From positions 44,764,001 through 44,828,000 of the forward strand of contig OX597833.1 in NCBI GenBank assembly GCA_951406725.2: a stretch of DNA of 64,000 bases. The letters are read 5' to 3'. The notes under the pieces are model-generated. The model was not told the DNA's origin, did not search any database, and saw only the letters and a program-made list of their open reading frames with translations. Both the position numbers and the translations under genes were made by a program. Source of the DNA: Octopus vulgaris (lineage: Eukaryota). Of this stretch, positions 1 through 13,152 are shown piece after piece. The first letter of the stretch is position 1. Each line of letters begins with the position of its first letter.

Positions 1-397
1 GATCAGAAAGTCTCTCTCTAGGTCAAGCCTCTATTTCTTTGCATTGAGAGGTCACATGGCTCCAGTGCTACGAACATGTGAGTAGAATGGTGCCAGAATG
101 GCAAGATAGGTTCTTCAAGCCAAGCCAATTAAGAGACCCAGGAATAGATCAAGAAGGAAATGTTTGAATTGATATCCAATAACAGTTGCTCACACTTGGG
201 AATCCAACTAGAAAGTGTAATGACAGCTGCTCCTGATAGAACCATATCAAGGAGATGCATGAGAGAATCTATTCATTTGGCTTCCCAGAAATATTGGCCA
301 GAGATAGATGGATACTCATAAAAGAGTAAACAACTTTTGACAAATGCATTCAGTTATATTCATTGCAGACTTCTGACCATCAAGATTAAAATCTGTC

Positions 398-568
398 TCA
401 CTCTTTTACTTGTTTCAGTCATTTGACTGCGGCCATGCTCGAGCACCTCGACCCTGGGACCCTTATTCTTTTGTAAGCCCAGTATATCGGTCTCTTTTTG
501 CCGAACCGCTAAGTAACGGGGACATAAACACACCAGCATCGGTTGTCAAGCAATGCCTAGGGGGACAA

Positions 569-613
<45 letters not shown>

Positions 614-783
614 TAAATACGATGGGCTTCTTTCAGTTTCCGTCTACCAAATCCACTCACAAGGCTTTGGTCGGCCCGAGGCTATAATAGAAGACACTTT
701 CCCAAGGTGCTACGCAGTGGGACTGAACCCGGAACCATGTCATTGGTGAGCAAGCTACTTACCACACAGCCACTCTTGGGCCT
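398..783 (-). mobile_element. tRNA-derived SINE family A (about 400 bp, CORE-like, internal (TA)n(TG)n)
   Basis: Reverse copy of the family described at 7065-7462. Confidence 0.85.
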
Positions 784-859
784 ATTTAACAATTATTTTG
801 CTGCTATTGACAGATGCCAAACTGGGGAAGTATTTTAACACTTTGTATTTTTTCATCTT

Positions 860-2430
860 TCCTAATTTCAACCCGAGCGCAGCGGCCATGCTGGGGCACC
901 GCCGATTGCTTTGCTACACACTTTCACTAAACCTCCTCTAATGTGTGGCATTTGGTGAATGAGGGAATTTGAAGAAGCTGCTCTCATTTGCATTCTTGCC
1001 TCAAAGTAGGTTCATCCAGAACTCAGGAGATCTGATTTTATTTTGAAGACACCTACATCCACCCCACGTAGGTGTCTCAGGCTTGAAGCCTAAGCTGTTG
1101 CAGTTTCTGGTCCTGTATCCTGATGGCAACATTGGGATTTTTGGTACTATGTAGTGGCACCTCATTCCGCTGTTTATGTAACTGACAATGCCGAAGTTTG
1201 GTACAAGTTCTAGGATTTTTCAGATGTATATTACTACGTATCTTTCCCGCCTTTGTTCTTGGCAGTAGGATCTTAACTTTTTCGGTCTCTCCCAGTATCT
1301 GACATGTCACACTGAGACGATCTTCTTTGCTGAATCGCCTCGAGTTCCACTGTTAATTTTACAGTTTGGAGATCACAGTTATCCAAACAGATGAGGATGA
1401 ATGTCTCCAGAGGACCATCATAGTTTCCTGTCCTCTCATTCTGAAAGTTCGAAAGATCTATTCGGCCAACCGTTTGTATTTTATTGCCAACTTAATAACA
1501 TGCACCTATCAAGATGCATCATTACTTATGCTGATACCCAGGTCACGCACTGATTTTGATTCAGGGATTGTAATCCTTCCTGGGCCAATGTATCCTGTCT
1601 ATTTTTCATTGAGCAGGACTTGGAATTTTCCAGCATTAAATCGCATGTTATTTTCCCCAACCCACCTGTATATTGCGTCCAACGTCTCCAAGGTTCTGTA
1701 ATCTGAGACATTTTGTATCATCTGCAAAGCTAACAAGGGTGGCTACCTGAGCAGTTAAGAGTATGTCTGGGAGGGTCGCTATGAATAGCAGCAGCCCCAA
1801 GACAGTACCCTGTAGAACATCACTCATTATCTGTTGCCTTTAGAGGTGGCCCCGTTGGCCACTACTACCTGGCTTCTATCTTTTAGAAAGTCATGTAACC
1901 ATTCTCAAGTCTTCCAACTATGCCAAGATTGCACAGCTTGTGACACATCAACCCATGGTCAAATTTGTCAAAGGCTTTTACAAAGTTAAGATATATCACA
2001 TCCACATTTGTGTTGTTGAGCAGCTGCTTTAAAACCCAGTCATAGTTCAGCAAGAGCTGTGTTAGGTAGCTCCTACCTACTCAAAAACCATGCTAGTCAG
2101 CAAGTCATTCTCTTCAAGGATTGCAATTAATTTCCTTCAGACTATTCATTCCATGACTTTGCTGATGTGAGAGGTCAATGAGATAGGCCTATAATTTTTA
2201 GGATCTGCTCTGCTTCCTCCTTTATGAATAGAGCATGGTTTGCCTAGGGGCTTACTATTTACAAGCTCTGAAAAAGAAGCTGCAGTGGTTTTGTGAGGAC
2301 TTGGCCACATGACTTGAGAAGGATTGCTGAGAATCCATCAGGACCAGCAACTGAGTTAGCATCTACATCATTTATTGCCAGTATTACATCTGCTTCTGTA
2401 GTGATAAAAAATTCTATACATTTGCTAAGT
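860..2430 (-). mobile_element. Degraded CR1/L2-group LINE, 3' part (RT pseudogene plus 3'UTR)
   Basis: Minus-strand remnants: GPDGFS-like near 2330-2345, NYRPISLTSHISK near 2160-2195, YLNF.KAFDK near 1965-1995, VLQGTVLG near 1795-1818, FADD near 1718-1729, AASSNSLIHQ near 950-980. Many stops and indels. Confidence 0.8.
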
Positions 2431-3814
2431 TATATGTACCATAAGGGTGGGGGTGAAGACACTTTTGAATTGTCCATTCAGTGTTTCACTTATCCTCGAG
2501 TGGTCCAACCTTGCAATGCACAGAATTTCAGATATTTCTCAATCTCCAGCAGTGTTGTTTCTAGTGGGGATTTTTCACTGCCATTCAGTTCTCTGTTGAG
2601 GCAGCTTGCAATCTTTGTACACACCCTCTTGTAAGAACTTTTCTCACCCTGGGAATCTTGTTTTTAAGTATAGTGGCCTTTCTGTCTGAGACAAAATTAT
2701 AGTATATGGCCTGCATTATGGACATGTAAGTTTTTAATTTCATGTTGATATCAGGTGTAGAGAGACATTGGGACTAGTCCTGTTTGGTGATCTCTTAAGT
2801 GATTTCCAGTTTCCTTTGAAGTACTTCAGATTGTGGTATGTTTGAGAAAAGACAAATGCATCATTTATGTGATGCTGGAAAGTCATAACTCTCAACATGT
2901 CTCACACAAGCAAATTTGAATGAAAAGTCTTCTACAAATATCTCAGACGTTCCATAATCCATCAGTGCATTGAATGTATAACAAGAAAGTACTTACTTGG
3001 AGAAATACATACATATACCATGATCTGAATTGTGGAATAAAATTGCAATTTAGCATATTCTGTACAGAAAAATACATTCATTTTTGTCAGTTCAAAACAT
3101 TAACAGAAGAAATATATTCAAAGTTAAAATATATAACAAAATTCTTTTATTTATAAAATTCAGTCATTCAATGCCAAATACACAGTGTGTAATATAAAAT
3201 TTTTATTTACACATGCTGGAGAGAGGAAAAAAATTTAAGGAGCCATTTTAAAGTCCGTGGAATGATAGATCATAAATTATCACTTTGTAGAAGAAAAAGA
3301 CCTTTATCTAACCCAATACCAAGAACCTAAAAGAGTTAGAATAAATAAAAAGTATACAGTGATTTGCATGAGAGTAATTTTACTATAATTGGGACTTCTC
3401 TATCAATTAGCAATCTGATGTGTATAGAAAGGTATAAAAAAAAAAAAACACAAAAAAGAACCCAAATATTGTAATAAAAAAATGGAGAGAAAAAATACCT
3501 TATGATTAAGAATTGTTAGCAATTAAAAATAATAAATGCTGTAAGCTAACTAATATAAGAAATAGAACACAATAGCAGTAACCACTCATACATGTAGATA
3601 AATGCTCATCAAACACAGATTATCCATTATCACATTATAAATCCCATTCTCTGTCATACAAATGAAAAATCCTTTCAATACCAACAGCTTTCACTTGACA
3701 GTAACAGGGATTAATCCCAGGAATTGACATAAACAAAGACAGATGTCTGCATTTGTGATTCAAAATATGTTGGTTTCAAATATAACATATACATACATAC
3801 ACACACACACACAT

Positions 3815-3849
<35 letters not shown>

Positions 3850-4356
3850 TTTTTGACAACGGGTGTAACAAATATTGTGTACTGTTATTGAAAAAAATTG
3901 TTGGAGAGAGAGATTTAAAAGCAATATATAAATTTAAGAGTATCACCAATGTCTTTTTCCTCTCTTAGATATCATGTCTCATCAGTCACACCTCATGAAG
4001 AAAGTGAACAGAACGCTGTTTATTTTTGAGGTTTTTTTTTTTCTAAATCAGTAATTCATTGAAATTTTGGTGTATGTGGTTGAGAGAGAGGGAGAGAGAG
4101 AGATAGAGAGACAGATAGAGAGACAGGTAAGAGAGTACACAAACAAAGAATACACATTGATACATGGTCAGTCAGAAACAATATGAAAGAATTCAAGAGA
4201 AATGTATGTTGAATGAAAGAGGGATAATTCCATGGAACAATCCATAAGCAGCAATTTTGGAATAGCTTGACAGCCAACAATTAAACATTATTCAGTTTCA
4301 ATCTCAACCTCACAATTCTGGTAATATACTTTTTTTTTAAATATGCTATTTTGTTT

Positions 4357-4472
4357 TTATAATTTCTTTTTATTATTTTTTGCATAATGTTCAAGTAGAT
4401 GTTTCTTGTATGCTTCTTGGTCTGACCAAAGTTCAGCAGCGTAAGAATTCAAAGGACTGTCGTTATTAGGTT
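4357..4472 (-). CDS. UBE2C: UBE2C last coding exon (116 nt to the stop)
   Basis: ttttgcag|(E)[37 protein letters not shown] then TAA at 4357-4359. Confidence 0.93.
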
Positions 4473-7400
4473 CTGCAAAAATAAAAATAAAAATTTTTTA
4501 AAAGAAGAGGAGAGAGAGAGAGAGATAATTGTTTGATAACAGAACTATTTAATGCAGTATTTCTCAACCATATTTTACCTATGGATCCCTTTGATTCTTA
4601 TTTTACTCAAATGGACCCTCATAAACATTTGATGACTAAAAAAATCCTTTTATGTGTTTAGAATAAAATATTAGGAAATGTATTGAAAAAATATTAAAAT
4701 CTGTGTATTTTAGAAATATAACCAATTTATTTCACATAAATTTTAAAAAATCTTATATGGGCTCCTGCTAAGAACCAATGATTAAACATATGTATAAAAT
4801 TCAGCTGTTATATACCTCCAAAAATATATAGCCTGAAAAATACTTTTGTAATCACAGAGAACAGTATTTTTAATTTTAAAAATTTGTACAATTGAGGCTT
4901 GAAGTAAAGTAGTAGGGAGTCGTTTTATAACACTTTTAGTAGCCATACTGGAGCTCTACCTTCCACATAGGGAAGATTATATCAATCCCAATATTTGTGC
5001 AGCACAACGGTATTGTAAAAAAGGCCTAGCCCCTTGTGGGTAGTAAAGAAATAGGTATTTCCTCTGTCGTTATGCTCTATCCATTTGTCCTCTCTGTGTT
5101 TAGCCCCTTGTGGGTAGTAAAGAAATAGGTATTTCGTCTGTCGTTACGTTCTATCCATTTGTCTGTCCTTGTTTGTCCTCTGTGTTTAGCCCCTTTGTGG
5201 GTAGTAAAGAAATAGGCATTTCGTCTGTCGTTACGTTCTATCCATTTGTCTGTCCTTGTTTGTCCTCTCTGTGTTTAGCCCCTTTGTGGGTAGTAAAGAA
5301 ATAGGTATTTCCTCTGTCGTTATGCTCTATCCATTTGTCCTCTGTGTTTAGCCCCTTTGTGGGTAGTAAAGAAATAGGTATTTCGTCTGTCGTTACGTTC
5401 TATCCATTTGTCTGTCCTTGTTTGTCCTCTCTGTGTTTAGCCCCTTGTGGGTAGTAAAGAAATAGGTATTGTAAAAAAGGGGGAAATAACTTTTCTTCAG
5501 CCAAAGTCTTATTTTTGCCTTATTTCATTTTATAAGGTTAGTCGGATACACGTCACTCGAACTGTAATACTATAAACAATACAAGCAGAATGAATATTTT
5601 ACAGTATCCAGATGTTGGAGCTTCACTATTCTAAGTTTAAATTCCCATTATGGTCCATTCTGCTTTTTACCATAACCTCGTGGCCTATGCCAGGAGTGTA
5701 ACCAGCCCATTTATGCGAACCTTTCCTTCATTGGACACTAAACTCTGCTTGCGAAGACTGTTGAGGCAAGTGAAATCGAAATCAAATTCGATGATTGGCA
5801 TCTGTGCTAGTGGAGTACTAAGAGTACCGTCCAAGCGTGATCGTTGCCAGAGCAACAAATTGGCTTCCATGCCAGTGGCACGTAAAAAGCACCATTCAAG
5901 CGTGATCATTACTTGCATCACTTTATTGGCACTTGTGCTGGAGGCACATGAAAAAACATTCGATTTCAGTCCCACTAGATGCAACCTTCGGCAAATATCT
6001 TCTATTATAGCCTCATGACAACAGCTAAACTGGAAGACAGTGAAGATAGGTGCTTCTGCCAGCATACAGAGGAAGTTTATTAAGGTGGTACTCATGGAAT
6101 TGGTTCCCTGTCATATCTGACAGTAGACCATAACCAATCATTTACACAGAGACGCTGTGCAAGAGGGGGTGTAACAAGAAGCAGGGCTTCAAGAAATTCA
6201 AATTACCCTAAGACTGGTGACCTGCTCTGAATGTTTGAATTATTAAACTCTACTTAAAACATCAAGAACCAATAGGTAGCATTTGGATGGATTAGTTCTA
6301 ATCACCAGCAGTCAAGATGTCGCTAAAGTAACAGAACCATCTAGATTGAATGAGAAAGGACAGTTGAACATTGGTGAAAATGCGTTTCAAAAAAGAAGAA
6401 AAATACAAAATTGCAATAAGGAAGAAAGATATTTTTCTCTTTGCATATTGAACGGCTATATGAACTTTGTGCTGTAATCTTGGAGTTGTAGATTTGGAAG
6501 CTTGTGCTAATGTAATATTTCTTAGAAAAGGTTCAGTTTTAAGATGCTGGATATTTGATTTTTGAATGAAAAAAAAAGGGTTGGCGACCAGGTTATGTTA
6601 GACAAGAGACATACGAAAGGACAAACAGCACAGAATTTACTAAAATCTAATTATCCAATTTAAAAAGTAATGGCTCAGGGTTGTTGTAACAAACTTGAAA
6701 TTTTGGAACTCTGATTTAGACTACAGGGGGAAAACAAAGCAAAACCCAAAAAAAAAAAAAAAAAAAAAAAAGGAAATTGCAGCACCTAAGGATGTGGAAA
6801 TATGAGAATATCAACTACTACTTCATTCATTTTTAACACCCATATTTTCATCCTGGAATGGGTTTGGCATAAATTATTGAATGTTTTTGTTTTTCTTTAC
6901 AGCTGAAAGCCTTTTCTGTCACTAAATCTTAACCACTTTTCAAGTCAAGTTAATCTTACTTCACTGGCCTTTGAAACTGCAAAGCTTACAAACAACTTGT
7001 TGACAAGGAAAATGACAGCAACATCATCACCCATAACAGAGTTATTTTTTCAATAAGCACAAAGGCGCAGGAGTGGCTGTGTGGTAAGTAGCTTGCTAAC
7101 CAACCACATGGCTCCGGGTTCGGTCCCACTGCGTGGCATCTTCGGCAAGTGTCTTCTGCTATAGCCCCGGGCTGACCAATGCCTTGTGAGTGGATTTGGT
7201 AGACGGAAACTGAAAGAAGCCTGTCGTATATATGTATATATATATGTGTGTGTGTGTGTTTGTGTGTCTGTGTTTGTCCCCTAGCATTGCTTGACAACCG
7301 ATGCTGGTGTGTTTATGTCCCCGTTACTTAGCGGTTCGGCAAAAGAGACCGATAGAATAAGTACTGGGCTTACAAAGAATAAGTCCGGGGGTCGATTTGC

Positions 7401-10400
7401 TTGACTAAAGGCGGTGCTCCAGCATGGCCGCAGTCAAATGACTGAAACAAGTAAAAGAGTAAAATGCAAACAGAGACACATACACACAAACTCATACAAA
7501 CATCATAATTTCTATGCCCACCGTTTATACTAACAGGGGTTGGCTGTGCAACAAAATTTGACACAAAGGATGACCACTATAACCACTTATGAGGACACAG
7601 TAGACAACACTTGCCCAAGATGCTGTGCAGTAGGACTGAACCTTAAACCACACAGTCAGGGATCAAACTTCTAAAACCACACGAGCGTGTCGGCAGCGGA
7701 TCTCGGTAATTCACAACTCTAGATATTCTTAACCTCTGTAGGTAATGGTACTATATACGTAAGGTGGCAAAACCAGAAGAAATTATGAACATCCTCGTTA
7801 GGCACGGGAGTGGCTCTGTGTTAAGAAGCTTGCTTCCCGGCCACATAGTTCCAGGTTAAGTCCCACTACATGGCACCTTCAGCAAGTGCCTCAGGCCAAT
7901 CACAATCTTATGAGTGGATTTGGTACACAGAAACTGAAAGGAACCTATCGTGTGTGTGTATGTGTGCGCACGTGTTTGTTCCAACGACCAACAGACAACC
8001 AGTGTTGGTGAGTTTACATCCCCATAACTTGTCAGTTCAGCAAAAGAGACCAATACAATAAGTACCAGGTTTAAGGAAAAAAAAAAGATAAATACTGGGG
8101 GTCGATTCATTCAACTAAAATTCTCCAAAACGGTACTTCAGAACAGCTGCACTAACAAGTAAAAGATCATATTTATGAGATTGTATACTAAATTTGGTTT
8201 TTTGCATGAGGTGATGAGTAAAGATGAGATTCAGTTATGACTGTTCACATGTTTAAATAAGACAAGTTGTAGAATTACATGATGATAAGTTACCTCCAAG
8301 TAAGCTTTGAATTGACAGAAGAATAGTTCGCACATCATATAACGCTGACCATTTCTCCTTCAGTATATCCAAACAGATATTACCACGTTCATCAACATTT
8401 GGATGGAAACACCCGGTATCAAACTTAACTGATGGTGCCTGATATGGGTAACCGCTTGGAAATTGCAACACTAATTTAAACCGTAATCCATCATAGACCT
8501 GGAAAAAGTTATGAGATATAAAAGAGAAAAATTGTATCAGTATCAGGACAGCAATAAAACATCTCCAACCAGTCAACATTATGACAATAGTTGGATCTTT
8601 TCGGTTTGAACGGCAGTTTGTAACATAATTTCTAGGCAACTAAAAAATTTTAAACTTCGTATACTGGTAGAATGTGTTTATAAAACATCTTTTTCTCTTG
8701 GCTTTATTGAGAAAATTCTATAGTTTGTAAGATATTTTCTTCAATTTCTGCAATTTCAACCAATCAGTGACGTGTATTTGAGGTGAAAACATTGTGCCGT
8801 ATGAATATGTCCCTCGTTTAAGAAACAGATTGGGTTTATTTACATTTCTGAAGAAAAAAGATACCACCCCCCCCAACCCTAAAACAGATTGAAATGCAAT
8901 AGATCGATACTAGGTTCATAATTATGGGTGACAATTTCATATGACACCGCTAGAAAAAGCTTGCCGTTCAAACTGAAAAGATCCCAATAGTTAATTAGGA
9001 ATCAAACCGTACTAAGTTGAGTTTCCTTCTACTTTCTTTTTTTCTTTTTTTTAATTCATAAAAATATAATTTAATTTGTGAAAAAATTTTCCTTCAACCC
9101 TTTAGCATTTAAACCAGCCAAATCCAGACTAAACACTGTCTGTTTTATGTTGAAATTAGCTCAATCTGACCTCTCATACTTACCCCACAACGTCATTTTA
9201 AAAATAAACAATCACATTATTGAAATCTCAAAGCTACAAGATAATGTATGACTAATACAAAATAATGTGACAAAATAAGCATTACATTTGACAGAGTAAC
9301 CTGAATGCCAAAGGGTTAAAATTATAATTTGGAGCAAGAATACATTTGTATGTATTTTTATTTGGCAGCTTCCTGCTAAGTAGTACTCATTTCTTAAAGT
9401 ACACTTTCTCGGTTATTGTGGGTAGGTTGTTTTGGACAATATCAATTGCTTTTGCCGATAGAAGTCCCAACTGTGAATTAAGAATACAACTTAGTATGAG
9501 GCCAACAAGTGCCATAATTGAATTAAGACTACAAGTTAGTGCCAGATTATTTCCAAACACGTAGTCTAATAATGAAAGATTGTTTAACAATGTTTAGTAA
9601 TTTCCTAAACTTCCACCCTCCTCAGATCAATATTTTTGAAGAATTCTAAGGTAACATGCTGGCAGAATTGTTAGCATGCCTCACAAGAAGCTTAACAGAA
9701 TTCCGTCTGTCTTTACATTCTGATTTCAAATTCCACCAAGGTCAACTTTGCCTGTCATCCTTTCAGAAATAAAATAAGTACCAGTTGGGCACTGGGGTCA
9801 TACTCCCTCCCCAAGAATTGCCGTGACAAAATTTCAAATCAATATATTGAAGAAGTCTACCTCCGACACTAATTATGACACTTTTCAGACATGGCTCATT
9901 CAACGCTAGTTACTCCTTTTGTATCAAATTCCCATCCAGTTTCACTCAATTTTTACCTAGAGCAGTGCTTTTCAAACTTTTTGCTGGAGCGGAACCCCAA
10001 GAAAACATTCCACTGGCTTGAGGAACCCCTGTGCAATAATTTAATAGACTTATGCACACATATCTGCACAGGAGAATTAAAAATTACTGCCGATTTTAGC
10101 AGTTTTCTAACTTCTTGCGGAACCCCGGTTGAAAACCACTGACCTAGAGAGATATTCCTCCATATCAACAGCTTACACCATTTGTTTGTATTAATTACAC
10201 TATTTTTGTTTGACCACTTGGTATATATCTAACAAAACCATTTCTTGAATATGAGATGTCTTGGCACTGCCTATTTGGCATAGTTAAATCAACAGATTTA
10301 TTTGACATCAGCCGTATTAATGTTTCTCTCATTCTCTGCCTCTGATATATGTGTAAGCCTCTAGCTATGTTTGTAAGTATGTGTATTGTTTCTCTCCCTC

Positions 10401-13115
10401 CCCCTATTTGTATATTTTTGCAAGCTCCCATTTATATGTGTGTACATGTTTGCCTGCAGTGGCAAAGCATATAGTTGCCAAGACAAGTTGACTATCCAGT
10501 CAGCTGTGCCAAATTGTCAGCGTCCAGACAGCTGTACCCAATCATTTCATTCTACTATTTCCTCGTGTTAATGGGATTTAGTAGTCCTTGCTTCCACAAA
10601 TCCAACATATAACTGGGATAAGCCATTTTGAGTTTTGAATTCCTGATCTTCAACAGAGTTTTAAATAGTTTTTTTATTGACATACAAAAAAGTGATGGTA
10701 TACAAAAATGCAATCTAATATACCAGATAGAAAACAATTTTTTCCTTGTTCAAAATTATTCCCAGTATTGCCCCAGACATGTCTGCCACTACTTTACCTA
10801 GCCAATCTACAAGAGAGCTGCTGATATGTTATACTGGTGGTGTAGCAGTTACCTCAATAAAAATTCATGGTTGCAATTTGAGTTGAAGTTATTCTGCCAC
10901 TTTCTTAGGGTTGTTCCATAGTTCCAGTATACTGAGATTAATAGGATTATGCTATCCTCACAATTACATTGATAAACCAGAACTGTTGATGCATTTTGTT
11001 CAGTAAATCACCGGGTGGGAAAAAATACAATGCAGAAATCTATTATTTGAGAGGGAAAAATTTAGCTAAACTGAAGCAGAGTCCAATAAAAATGTGGCAA
11101 GAACTAATTAGTGTCCATATCTTTGACCTTTTTGTTTCAGTCATTGGACAGCAGCCATGCTGGAACATGCTTTGAAGGGTTTAGTCAAACAAATCAACCC
11201 CAGTGCTTATTCTAAGTTTGGCCCTTTTCCCAAACTGCTAAGTCACAGGGATGTAAACAAACCAACAATGGTTGTCAGGTGACTAACTGGTAGGAAGCAA
11301 AGACACACAAATATATACAATGGGCCTGCACATAGTTTCTGTCTACCAAATTCATTTACAAGGCATTAGTTGGTCCAGGGCTATAGTAAAAGACACTTGC
11401 CCAAAGTGCTCACTGCACAGTGGAACTGAACCGAAAGCCATGTGGTTAGAAAGCGAGTTTCTTAACTACACAGTAATACTTGCACTTGCATATATATTTC
11501 ACAGATGACAAGAAATAGGACACTGATACTATACATCTCAGACTTTTCTAGTTTATTCCAGCATGGAAAAACACAGGACAAAAATGAATGACACTGAATA
11601 TTTCAATTACCGTTCCAGGAGCACCTTCTATTGTTCCAATCCATTTGAAGACGTTATCTCCATCAGGAAATGCCGATACTCGATTATCACCAGAAGACTG
11701 CAATGATATAAATTTGAAAGCAATTAACCTTTTCATTACCATATTTCTGTTTGAGATGCTCTGTGTTTCTTTCAATTAATTTTAAATATAACAAAGAATT
11801 TAGTAAAATAGCGTAGTCATCATTAAGCTAGTGTTAGGAACATAAATTGTGACTAAAGTTTGGTGGAAGATTTTAATTCAGATCTTTTGAAAACAAGACA
11901 TTTGTATAACAGAACCAGAGGCGGTTTCAGGCGGGTTGGTATCAAAAGGGTTAAAGGAAGTAAGAGCAAGCTATTGTTAGCCTATATTCTGAATGATACA
12001 ATATTTTGACAATCTAATATACATACACACATACATATACATAATATTAAACAGTTATCATCATCGTTTAACGTCTGTTTTCTGCGCTAGCACGGGTTAT
12101 ATCTTATTTCTTTATTGCCCACAAGGGGCTAAACATAGAGGGGACAAACAAGGACAGACAAAGGGATTAAGTTGATCAGATCAACCTCAGTGCGTAACTG
12201 GTACTTAATTTATCGACCCCGAAAGGATGAAAGGCAAAGATGACCTCAGAGGAATTTGAACTCAGAACGTAGAGACAGACGAAATACAGCTAAACATTTC
12301 GCCTGGCATTCTAATATTTCTGCCAGCTCGCCGCCTTCTATATATATCTGTAGGAAAGAAACTACAAAGTTACCATCTTCACATACAAAGTAGTTATTAC
12401 AAGTAAAATATTAAGAATTTGAAGTTTGTTTATATAAACTGTTTTTAGCCCTGTCACTCTCCCCTATGGAAATAAAGCAACCATAACCCTATGTAAATAA
12501 GCATAATCACAGAGAGAACAGAAATAAAAGGTTCAATTTAAATGCTACTGATCCTTCAGGAGCAAGCTAAATGCAGCCTAAGAATGTAGTTAAGTCTCTG
12601 GTAACAGCAGTAGATAGAAAGTAACAAACACTGACATATAAATATATACAATAAAGTATGTGTTAATTCTGTTTCTAACAATTCAGTTCCTATATATTCT
12701 AATATCTTTCACAATATTTTTTTCTTTACATTTTGATGCAGGGTGGATGCTAAATGTCCATGGTAATTAGAGATCCCTTCCCTGTAGTAGAATTGTTTGA
12801 AATCCGTAAAAGTTGGCACCTTTGAAAGAAAATGTAGAGAGGAAGAGATTTTCAGGCAAAGTGCATGGGATGAGGTTTTGGCTCAAGACACAGTAAGAGA
12901 AGAGTGGAGGATGCAATAGGAGTGACTGTTCTTAAATTGTATATAACGTAGGAGTGGCTGTGTGGTAAGTAGCTTGCTAACCAACCACATGGTTGCGGGT
13001 TCAGTCCCACTGCGTGGCATCTTGGGCAAGTGTCTTCTGCTATAGCCCCGGGCCGACCAATGCCTTGTGAGTGGATTTGGTAGACGGAAACTGAAAGAAG
13101 CCTGTCATATATATG

Positions 13116-13152
<37 letters not shown>

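Noticed and set aside
1-397. Moderately GC-rich start of the window as a possible exon
   Set aside because: Stops in all three + frames and no recognisable protein motif; could be an old repeat, not assignable.
5027-5464. Possible CRISPR array or repeat-protein ORF (5110..5304)
   Set aside because: Whole units repeat with no unique spacers, and the sequence is SINE-derived.
7065-7140. tRNA genes at SINE heads
   Set aside because: Only A/B-box similarity; no complete cloverleaf, and each continues into a SINE body.
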